Assembly (NCBI GenBank): GCA_035933635.1 | Contig: DASYYY010000005.1 | Location: forward strand, 4-64,003 | DNA from: Thermoplasmata archaeon | GTDB lineage: Archaea; Thermoplasmatota; Thermoplasmata; Lutacidiplasmatales; UBA184 | DNA: 64,000 nucleotides | Direction: 5' to 3' | In this document: piece by piece, positions 48,337 through 56,349 of the stretch | Layout: every line of letters starts with the position of its first letter | Numbering within the stretch: the first letter of the stretch is position 1 | Translations under genes and position numbers: made by a program | Notes under the pieces: generated by a model | Told to the model about the DNA's origin: nothing | Database searches by the model: none | The model's input: only the letters and a program-made list of their open reading frames with translations

Positions 48337-48888
48337 CTATGCCGTGGCCGAGCGCGTCGGTGCGCGGCGACGATCGGGGGGGATGAGCGCCTTCTGCAGC
48401 ACTTCCTGCACGCGCGAGGCCATCACCGGTTTGACGATCACTTCGCTCGCGCCCTGCGCCAGGAGCGACTTCACCCTGGGGTGGTCGGAGTCGTAGGCGG
48501 TGACCACTACGAGGCGAAGGTGCGGGTTGCGCTGGAGCAGGACCTTGGCGAGCTCATCGCCGTCGACCTCGCCCATGCCGCCGCTCGGCGGGGCCACCGG
48601 GGTGGCGGGAGCGGTCGTTGCGGCCGGACGGGCCGGCGAGGTCCTCAGGTCGATGTCCACGAAGACCAGGTCCGGACGCCACTGGGTGAACAGCTGGAGC
48701 GCCTCGGGGGCGCTCGAGGCGAACCGCAGGTCCGGGAGGGTGACCCCGAGCCGGGTCAGCACGCCCTGGAAGACCTTTCGGGCCGAGGCCGAATCGTCGA
48801 TCGCCAGGATGCGGAGGCCCTCGATACTGCGTCCCGCGTCCGCCATTCCGCTCATGTGAGGGCCCATACTCGAATAGGGGGTCATCAT
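48337..48888 (-). CDS. Single-domain response regulator with low-complexity insertion
   Basis: ILAIDDS, PDLVFVD, VVTAY, IVKPV; ATG overlaps the upstream stop (ATGA). Confidence 0.85.
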   Translation of the reverse strand: MMTPYSSMGPHMSGMADAGRSIEGLRILAIDDSASARKVFQGVLTRLGVTLPDLRFASSAPEALQLFTQWRPDLVFVDIDLRTSPARPAATTAPATPVAPPSGGMGEVDGDELAKVLLQRNPHLRLVVVTAYDSDHPRVKSLLAQGASEVIVKPVMASRVQEVLQKALIPPDRRRAPTRSATA

Positions 48889-49292
48889 TCCATCGGTGCG
48901 GCCGTTGTGCCGGGGGTAGGGCCAAGGAGCTCCCGCACCGTCCGCAAGAGCTCCCGCCGGTCGATCGGCTTGGTGATGTAGCCTGCGCAGCCGGCCTCCC
49001 GGGCCTTCTCCTCGTCCCCCTTCATCGCGAAGGAGGTCACGGCGACGATCGGGATGGAGGTCGTGTCCGACCGCCGCCGCAGCTCACGGGTCAGGGTGTA
49101 GCCGTCCATCCCGGGCAGCCCGATGTCCATCAGGATCAGATCCGGGGGGGACTCCTCGATCCGCTGCTGGGCCTCCACCGCGTCCTGCGCCCCGACGACG
49201 ACGTACCCCTCACCGCGCATGATGACGCTGACGAGCTTGAGGTTCTGCGGATTGTCCTCGACGATGAGGATCCGCGGGGGGGGAGCGGTCAT
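48885..49292 (-). CDS. Single-domain response regulator (DivK-like)
   Basis: ILIVEDNPQN, LILMDIGLPGMDG, AVTSFAMKGD, AGCAGYITKPID. Confidence 0.93.
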   Translation of the reverse strand: MTAPPPRILIVEDNPQNLKLVSVIMRGEGYVVVGAQDAVEAQQRIEESPPDLILMDIGLPGMDGYTLTRELRRRSDTTSIPIVAVTSFAMKGDEEKAREAGCAGYITKPIDRRELLRTVRELLGPTPGTTAAPME

Positions 49293-49301
49293 CCCAACGG
49301 C

Positions 49302-52300
49302 CTACGCCGCGGCCGGAGTCGATTCGACCTCGGTATCGGGATGGCCGTTGGTGGAGACCGGCAGGGTGACGGTGATGGACGTGCCCTTGCCGTACTCGCT
49401 CGCGACATCGATCGAGCCGGCGTGCAGCTCGATGAGTCGCTTGGTCAGCGAGAGCCCGAGCCCGCTGCCCTGGAACCGGCGGCCGGGTCCGGCATCGAGC
49501 TGCTCGAACTCACGGAACAGCCGGGGCAGGTCCTCGGGGGCGATCCCGATGCCCGTGTCGACGACGCGGATCTGGAAGTGCCGGTCGCCGTTGCCCAGGA
49601 GGTGGACCTCGACCTTCCCGCCGGCGTCGGTGAACTTCACCGCATTGGAGACAAGGTTGAACAGGATCTGCTTGAACCGCAGCGGGTCCAGCGTCACCGA
49701 CTCCGGCTCGGCGGAGAGCTCGGTGACGAGCGCGATGTGCTTGTCCTCCACCAGCGGCTTGACCACCGAGCAGACCTCGGTCACCGCGCGCTGCGGGGAG
49801 AACGGCTCGGGGGTGAGCTCCATCTTGCCGGCCTCGACCTTGGCCAGATCGAGGACGTCGTTGATCAGCTGCAGGAGATGCTTGCCGCTGTTGAGTATGT
49901 CGTCGAGGTACTCGCGGTGCTCGGCACTGAAGGTCTTGGGGTCCTGGGCGAGGAGGTGGTCGGAGAAACCGATGATGCTGTTCAGCGGCGTGCGGAGCTC
50001 GTGGGACATGTTGGCGAGGAACTCGCTCTTGAGCCGGTTGGCCTCCTGCACCCGCTGGTTCTGGATCTCGAGCTCGCGGTTGCGCTGCTCGAGCTGCAGC
50101 CGCAGACGGTTCTGCTCGGTGACGTCGCGGGCGGCGGCGAACACCCCCTTCAGCCTCCCTTCGGTGTCGCGGAACGTCGCGGCGTTGTAGCTGACCTCGA
50201 TCGTGCGCCCCCCGGGCATGCGCATGGTCAGCTCGAAGTCGGTGACCTTGTCCTCGCTGAGCACCCGGCGGATCCCTTCCTCGGCCTTGTCCGGGTCGGT
50301 GAAGTAGAGCTTGAAGGCCGTGCCGATCAGCTGCTCGCGGGAGAGCCCGGTGAGGACCTCCATCTGGCGGTTGACGTCGGTGATGAGGCCGAGCACGTCG
50401 GTCGTCATCAGCGCGTCGATGTTCGACTCGACGAGGCTGCGGTTGTAGTTCTGCGACTCGCGCAGCTGCGCCTCGAGACGCTTCTGCTCGGTGACGTCCC
50501 GCGCGGCGCCGAGGACGCCGCGGACGTGGCCGGCCATGTCGTAGGCGGTCCCCGCGTTGAACGAGACCGGGATCTTCTGGCCGTTGCGCTTGCGCAGCAG
50601 GAGCTCGTAGTTCGAGACGCTCGTCTCCTCCAGCGCCCGGCGCACCGCGTTCTCGGCGCGGGCGGGGTCGGTGAAGAGCGTGGGGAACTGGCTGCCGATC
50701 AGGTGCTTGCGGGTGAAACCGGAGAGCCGGACCATCTGTTCGTTGACGTCGGTGACGATGAAGTCCGGCGCGACGGTGACCAGGGCGTCGGGGGAGGCCT
50801 CGATGAGGCCCCGGTTGTAGTTCTGGGCTTCGCGCAGCTGCTCTTCGTTGCGCTTCTGCTCGGTAATGTCCCGGGCCGCGCCGAAGATGCCGGCGATGTT
50901 GCCCTCGGCGTCGTGGAAGACCGCCGCGTTGAACGAGACGAGCGTGCGCCGACCGTCCCGGCTGTTGAGGATGAGCTCGTAGTTCGTCACCGAACCCTCG
51001 CGCAGCGTCCGCCGGACGCCGGCGACGGCGCGCTCGGAGTCGGTGAAGTACTGCGGGAACGGACTTCCGAGCAGCGACTCGCGCGAGGCGCCCGAGAGCC
51101 GGACCATCTGCTCATTGACGTCGGTGATCACGAGCTCGGGGTCGACGGTGACGAGGGCATCGGGCGAGGCTTCGATCAGCCCGCGGTTGTAGATCTGCGA
51201 CTCGCGCAACTGCTCTTGCAGCCGCTTCTGTTCGGTGATGTCGCGGGCCGAGGCGAAGATCCCCCGGATGCGGCCTTCGGTGTCGCGGAACACCGAGGCA
51301 TTGAACGAGACCTGGATCAGCCGGCCGTGACGGCTGCGGAGCGTCAGCTCGTAGTTCGTGACGACGCCGTTCTTGAGGGTCTCGCGCACCCCCGCCCCGG
51401 CGCGCGCGGTGTCGGTGAAGTAGTCGGGGAACTGCGAGCCGATCAGCTCCCCGCGCGAGTATCCGGTGACCCGGGCGATCTGCTCGTTGACGTCGGTGAT
51501 GGTTAGGTTCGGGTCGACGGTCAGGAGGCTGTCGACCGAGGCCTCGATCAGGCTGCGGTTGTAGTTCTGTGACTCGCGGAGCTCCAGCTCGAGCTTCTTG
51601 CCCTCCGTCGCGTCCCGGGCGGAGGCGAAGATCCCCTTCAGGGCGCCGTCGGCTCCGAGGAAGGTCGTGGCGTTGAACGAGACTGTGGTCTGGGCGCCGT
51701 CGGCGCTCTGGAGAGCGAGCTCGAAGTTGGTCAACCGCCCCTGCTCGAGCACCCGACGAATGCCGTCCTCGGCGCGCGACGGATCGGTGAAGTAGGCCTT
51801 GAGCGGGGTGCCGATGAGCTTCTCCCGGGTGAGCCCCGAGAGCACCTCCATCTGACGGTTGACGTCGGTGATGATGCCCACGGCGTCGGTGGTGAACAGC
51901 CCGTCGATGCTCGACTCGATCAGCCCCCGGTTGTAGCTCTGCGAGTCGCGCAGCTGCGCTTCGAGCTGCTTCTGCTCGGTGATGTCCCGGGCGGAAGCGA
52001 ACACACCCCGCACGCGACCCTCGACGTCGCGGAAGACCGACGCGCTGAGCGAGACCTGGGTCAGCCGGCCGCTCTTGGAGCGCAGGACAAGCTCGTAGTT
52101 GGTCACCGCCCCCTTGCTCAGCGTCTGGCGCACCCCGGCGGCCGCCCGGTCGGGGTCGGTGAAGTACTGGATGAACGACGAGCCGATGAGCTGCTTACGG
52201 GTGTGGCCGGTGAGCCGGACCATCTGCTCGTTGACGTCGGAGATCTGGAGCGAGGCGTCGACGCTGACCATCGCGTCGGCCGAGGCCTCGATCAGGCCCC

Positions 52301-53852
52301 GGTTGTAGCTCTGGGCCTCGCGGAGCTTCTCCTGGAGCGCCCGCGGCTCGGTGATGTCGCGGGCGGCGGCGAACACTCCCTTGACCCGCCCGTCCGGCCC
52401 GCGGTAGACCGAGACGTTCAACGAGACGATCAACGGACCGCCGGTCCGGGGCTTGAGGACGAGCTCGTAGTCGGTCAGCAACCCCTTGTCGAAGGTCTGC
52501 CGCACGGCGGAGACCGCCCGGTTGGGGTCGGTGAAATAGGTCTTGAACGGGCTGCCGATGAGCTCCTCCCGCCGGAACCCCGTGACCCGGACCATCTGCT
52601 CGTTGACGTCGCTGATGACCATGTCCGAGTCGACGGTGACAAGGGCGTCGGGCGAGGCCTCGATCAGACTGCGATTGTACAGTTGCGACTCCCGCAGCTG
52701 CTCCTGGAGCCGGTTCTGCGCGGTAATGTCCCGCGCGGACGCGAACACCCCCTTGGGACGCCCGCTGACGTCCTTGAACACCGAGGCGTTGAGCGAGACG
52801 ACCTTGTCGGCGCCGATGCGGGGCTTCAGTGTCAGGGCGTAGTCGGTGACGTACCCCTCCTCCATGGTACGGGCGATGCCGGCCATCGCGCGGTCCGGGT
52901 CGGTGAAGTAGTCGGAGAAACGGCTGCCGATCAGTTCCTCGCGGGTGTAGCCTGTCGCCGCCTCCATTTGGCGGTTCAGGTCGGTGACGACGCCCGCCCG
53001 GTCGACGGTGAACAGCGCATCGACCGCCGCCTCGATCAGGCCGCGGTTGTAGTTCTGCGATTCCCGCAGCTCCCCCTCGAGGGCCTTCTGCTCGGTGACG
53101 TCGCGCGCCGCGGCGAATACGCCACGGAGCCGGCCGTCCCGCCCGCGGAAGGTCGTGGCGTTGTAGGAGACGACCTTGGATCCTCCTTGCCGCGATTGCA
53201 CGGTGAGCTCGAAGTTGGTCACCCGGTCCTCGGCCAGCACGCGCCGGATCGCCTCCTCCGCGCGGGAGGGGTCGGTGAAGTAGGTCTTGAACGGGCTGCC
53301 GACGAGGATCTCGCGGGGGCATCCCGTGAACTCCTCCATCTGCCTGTTGACATCGGTGATGATGCCGAGCGTGTCGGTCGTCATCATCGCGTCGATGTTG
53401 GACTCGATGAGCCCGCGGTTGTACTCCTCCGATTCGATGACCTTCTGGTGGAGCTGCTTCTCCTCAGTGATGTCCTTGGAGACGAATAGGTAGCCGAGCG
53501 GCTTGCCGTTCGGGTCCCTCAGGACGGTCAGAACGACCCGGGCGGCGAACCGCTCTCCGTTCTTGCGCAACCGTTCGATGACCCCCTCGTACTTTCCCTG
53601 CTCCAGCGCGACCTTGAACAGGTGCTCGAAGTTCCCGCCCTCGGTGAACTCCGGGGTATTGAGGACGCGGCTGTCCTTGCCGAGCACCTCGTCGGCGGTG
53701 TAGCCGTAGATCCGGTGCGCGCCCTCGTTCCAGAGGAGCACCCGCCCCGTCAGGTCCGAGGCGATGATCGAGTACTCGGTCGAGGATTCGAGGACATTCT
53801 GGAGAAAAGCCCGGTAGTCCGGAATCCCTTCGAACCGTGCTGTGGTGGTCAT
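49302..53852 (-). CDS. Cytoplasmic histidine kinase with 10 tandem PAS/PAC domains
   Basis: Ten segments ending (R/K)D(I/V/A)T; H box FLANMSHELRTPLN, NAVKFT, DTGIG, GSGLGL; no TM helix; alternative start 53894. Confidence 0.95.
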   Translation of the reverse strand: MTTTARFEGIPDYRAFLQNVLESSTEYSIIASDLTGRVLLWNEGAHRIYGYTADEVLGKDSRVLNTPEFTEGGNFEHLFKVALEQGKYEGVIERLRKNGERFAARVVLTVLRDPNGKPLGYLFVSKDITEEKQLHQKVIESEEYNRGLIESNIDAMMTTDTLGIITDVNRQMEEFTGCPREILVGSPFKTYFTDPSRAEEAIRRVLAEDRVTNFELTVQSRQGGSKVVSYNATTFRGRDGRLRGVFAAARDVTEQKALEGELRESQNYNRGLIEAAVDALFTVDRAGVVTDLNRQMEAATGYTREELIGSRFSDYFTDPDRAMAGIARTMEEGYVTDYALTLKPRIGADKVVSLNASVFKDVSGRPKGVFASARDITAQNRLQEQLRESQLYNRSLIEASPDALVTVDSDMVISDVNEQMVRVTGFRREELIGSPFKTYFTDPNRAVSAVRQTFDKGLLTDYELVLKPRTGGPLIVSLNVSVYRGPDGRVKGVFAAARDITEPRALQEKLREAQSYNRGLIEASADAMVSVDASLQISDVNEQMVRLTGHTRKQLIGSSFIQYFTDPDRAAAGVRQTLSKGAVTNYELVLRSKSGRLTQVSLSASVFRDVEGRVRGVFASARDITEQKQLEAQLRDSQSYNRGLIESSIDGLFTTDAVGIITDVNRQMEVLSGLTREKLIGTPLKAYFTDPSRAEDGIRRVLEQGRLTNFELALQSADGAQTTVSFNATTFLGADGALKGIFASARDATEGKKLELELRESQNYNRSLIEASVDSLLTVDPNLTITDVNEQIARVTGYSRGELIGSQFPDYFTDTARAGAGVRETLKNGVVTNYELTLRSRHGRLIQVSFNASVFRDTEGRIRGIFASARDITEQKRLQEQLRESQIYNRGLIEASPDALVTVDPELVITDVNEQMVRLSGASRESLLGSPFPQYFTDSERAVAGVRRTLREGSVTNYELILNSRDGRRTLVSFNAAVFHDAEGNIAGIFGAARDITEQKRNEEQLREAQNYNRGLIEASPDALVTVAPDFIVTDVNEQMVRLSGFTRKHLIGSQFPTLFTDPARAENAVRRALEETSVSNYELLLRKRNGQKIPVSFNAGTAYDMAGHVRGVLGAARDVTEQKRLEAQLRESQNYNRSLVESNIDALMTTDVLGLITDVNRQMEVLTGLSREQLIGTAFKLYFTDPDKAEEGIRRVLSEDKVTDFELTMRMPGGRTIEVSYNAATFRDTEGRLKGVFAAARDVTEQNRLRLQLEQRNRELEIQNQRVQEANRLKSEFLANMSHELRTPLNSIIGFSDHLLAQDPKTFSAEHREYLDDILNSGKHLLQLINDVLDLAKVEAGKMELTPEPFSPQRAVTEVCSVVKPLVEDKHIALVTELSAEPESVTLDPLRFKQILFNLVSNAVKFTDAGGKVEVHLLGNGDRHFQIRVVDTGIGIAPEDLPRLFREFEQLDAGPGRRFQGSGLGLSLTKRLIELHAGSIDVASEYGKGTSITVTLPVSTNGHPDTEVESTPAAA
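50089..53436 (-). repeat. Nine tandem 372-bp PAS-encoding repeats
   Basis: YNR anchor (ggttgta/gattgta on +) at 50441, 50813, 51185, 51557, 51929, 52301, 52673, 53045, 53417: constant 372-bp spacing. Confidence 0.92.
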
Positions 53853-54052
53853 TCGCCGTTCGGACGGCGGACGGCTGCCCTCCACCGTTACCACCTATCG
53901 ACCTTGGGTGCCGCCTATAAGCCCCGGCCGTGATAGAAAGCTTACGGGCTAACCCAGACGATAGTCCCTGAGGGCCGGGGCTCGGCCCAAACTAACGCCG
54001 CGGCGAACGGAGGGATCTCATCGTCCGGGCATGGGGAACGCCCGAGCGGACG

Positions 54053-54574
54053 CTACCGGCTCGCGGCGAGCTCGGCGACCGGGGTTCCGTCGGTCTCGGG
54101 GACCGACGGTGGCTCGGTGATCCTCAAGAACAGGAAGATCGGTTGCGCGAGCCAGGCCACGGTCCAGCCGCGTTGGGTCAACGAATAGCGGACCCGCGGC
54201 GGGCGCGTGTCGATGATCTCCCGCTGCACCATGCCGTTCTGCTCGAGCTCCTTGAGCTTAAGCGAGAGGACGCGGGGACTGATGCCGGGCATGCTCCGCC
54301 GCAATTCCTCGAAGCCTACCGAGGGAACGGCGTGGAGGGCGAGGAGCACGTCCGCCGACCACTTGCCGAAGATCGAGCGCACGATCTTGAGGTCGGCCTG
54401 GGCCACGGCCGCAGGATCCGTGCTGGGTCCCAGGAGGTCGTTCACGCGCTCGACGAGCCGGACGGCCGACTCGCGGAAATCCGAGAAGCTCCGCTCGATA
54501 TCGTCCTCGGGCGAGGCCGCGCGTGCCGGAGCACTGCGGGGGGTACGTGCCGGCGATGCACTTGAGCTCGGCAT
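54053..54574 (-). CDS. HxlR family winged-helix regulator
   Basis: GKWS..VL, F.EL.R.MPGISPRVLS.KLKELE..G.V.R, PPRVRYSLT.RG; TTATAA about 35 bp upstream supports the 54574 start. Confidence 0.9.
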   Translation of the reverse strand: MPSSSASPARTPRSAPARAASPEDDIERSFSDFRESAVRLVERVNDLLGPSTDPAAVAQADLKIVRSIFGKWSADVLLALHAVPSVGFEELRRSMPGISPRVLSLKLKELEQNGMVQREIIDTRPPRVRYSLTQRGWTVAWLAQPIFLFLRITEPPSVPETDGTPVAELAASR

Positions 54575-54861
54575 GGCACAACTCGAAGCGTACGATGCCA
54601 TCCATGGGTTATAATTCGGCACTAATGAAACGGTAAGCGAACCCGGGTCTCTCCACGCCGAGACCGCAGTGCTCCGAGCGGCCCCGCTCGGGACGGATGG
54701 AATCTCGACCTCATTCCCATCGAGCCATCCCTCTGAGTTGAGTTCGGCTCGCGGAGGCCGAGTCTCCCGGGGATTCTTGGCACCCATCTCCCACCGATGA
54801 GTCATCGGATTACGGGCGTAATAGGGTCGGTTCTTAATCCGGTTCACGGATAAATCGCCCG

Positions 54862-56349
54862 ATGTCCCGGGTTCAGCACGGATCGCCGCTAGAAGCGGTC
54901 CCCGAGAGTGCGCTCATGGAGTTCAACGAGACGACCGGTGACAATGTGGTCGCCACTCCGCCACGGCGAGGTCCACCGCGATCGCCGCGCTTGGTCTTGC
55001 TGCCCACGTTGAACGAGGAGGAAGGGCTCGGTCCGACGCTGACCGAGCTCCATCGCGTCGCGTTCGGGGGCTCCGATACGCTTCCGGGAGTGCTCGTCGT
55101 GGACGGCCGGTCCACGGACCGGACGATCGCCATCGCGGAGGAATATGGTGTACCCGTGCTCGTTCAACAGGGACGCGGCAAGGGCGCCGCGATCCGCGAA
55201 GGGCTCACCGCGGCAAGGGCGCAGGGCTATCGCAGCGTCGCGGTGATGGACGCCGACAACACCTATCCGGCGAGCTCGCTCCCCGCGCTGTTCGAACTGC
55301 TCGACCTCGGCGCCGACCTCGTCATCGGGATGCGCCGGCCCGAGCGCCCCGCCGCCGCCACGCTCCGTGATGTGGTCCACCGCGTCGGGAATGGGATCCT
55401 CAATTACGCCGCGGCGCAGGCGAGTGGCCAGCCGCTGCTCGATGTCTGCAGCGGTTTCTGGGGCGTCCGGCTCGAAAGTATGGAAGGCGTCCCACTCGAG
55501 TCCGAGGGTTTCGAGGTCGAGTCGGAACTGTTCCTCAAGAGCTTCCGGGCCGGCCTGCAGGTCGTCCAGCTTCCGATCGGCTACCGGACCCGGGCCGGCG
55601 AGGCCAAGCTGCGCGCTTTCCACGACGGGAGCCGGATCCTGCTCTCGATCCTCCGGAACTCGGTTCGGCCGATCGGTCACTCCGGTCGCCCGCCGGCCGG
55701 AGCCGTCGGACGGGCCAATGTCCAGGTCCCGTTCTCGAGCCTCCAGCGTACGCTCCTCGGGCTGAACCCCGACCGGCTCGTGGTCCTGTCCGCTCCGGAT
55801 CGCTTCGCCGAGGCCGAGCTCCTCGCCGCCCGTTACGGGGCAGGGTCACCCGATACCGAGGTGATCACCGCCATGATTGCACCGGAAGCCTCCGAGGGCC
55901 CTGACCGGACCTCCCACCTCTTGTCCGAATCCGCCGGCTACGCCTCGACGGTCGTCGTGCTGTTCCCTCAGTCCTCGATCGGAGCCGAACCCGGCGCCCA
56001 TTCCCTGATCGGCATCCCGCGCTCCCAGCGGATCATCGAGGTCCCGCACGAACAGGTCGGGGAGGGTACAAATGCCGCCGACCCCAGGCCGGCGCCGCGG
56101 CACGATGGCCTGCGCAGCGAGCGGGTACGCCTCGGATATCGCGGCGCCTGGTTCATCCTCGGCGCCACACTCGAACCGTCGTGGGTGACCCGCGAGCTGG
56201 CCTTGCTCCAGGCGAACCCGACCGGCAGCTCGCTGCGCGTGTTCCGCCGGGATGCGCCGCCGTCGGCGCGGCTGGAGCGGGTCGGCCGGTGGACCTGGTC
56301 GGCGCTCCAGCGCGCGCTGTCCGCGAATACCGAAGCCACAGGCTCATGA
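54862..56349 (+). CDS. GT2 glycosyltransferase (polyprenol-phosphate hexosyltransferase-like) with unassigned C-terminal region
   Basis: LPTLNEE, VDGRSTD, GKGAA, MDADNTYP, DVCSGF, FEVESE, Y..RAGEAKL. Confidence 0.85.
   Translation: MSRVQHGSPLEAVPESALMEFNETTGDNVVATPPRRGPPRSPRLVLLPTLNEEEGLGPTLTELHRVAFGGSDTLPGVLVVDGRSTDRTIAIAEEYGVPVLVQQGRGKGAAIREGLTAARAQGYRSVAVMDADNTYPASSLPALFELLDLGADLVIGMRRPERPAAATLRDVVHRVGNGILNYAAAQASGQPLLDVCSGFWGVRLESMEGVPLESEGFEVESELFLKSFRAGLQVVQLPIGYRTRAGEAKLRAFHDGSRILLSILRNSVRPIGHSGRPPAGAVGRANVQVPFSSLQRTLLGLNPDRLVVLSAPDRFAEAELLAARYGAGSPDTEVITAMIAPEASEGPDRTSHLLSESAGYASTVVVLFPQSSIGAEPGAHSLIGIPRSQRIIEVPHEQVGEGTNAADPRPAPRHDGLRSERVRLGYRGAWFILGATLEPSWVTRELALLQANPTGSSLRVFRRDAPPSARLERVGRWTWSALQRALSANTEATGS

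Noticed and set aside
50089..53436. CRISPR array or assembly-duplicated repeat
   Set aside because: The repeats are in-frame protein domains with substantial nucleotide divergence and no repeat-spacer structure; no cas genes seen.
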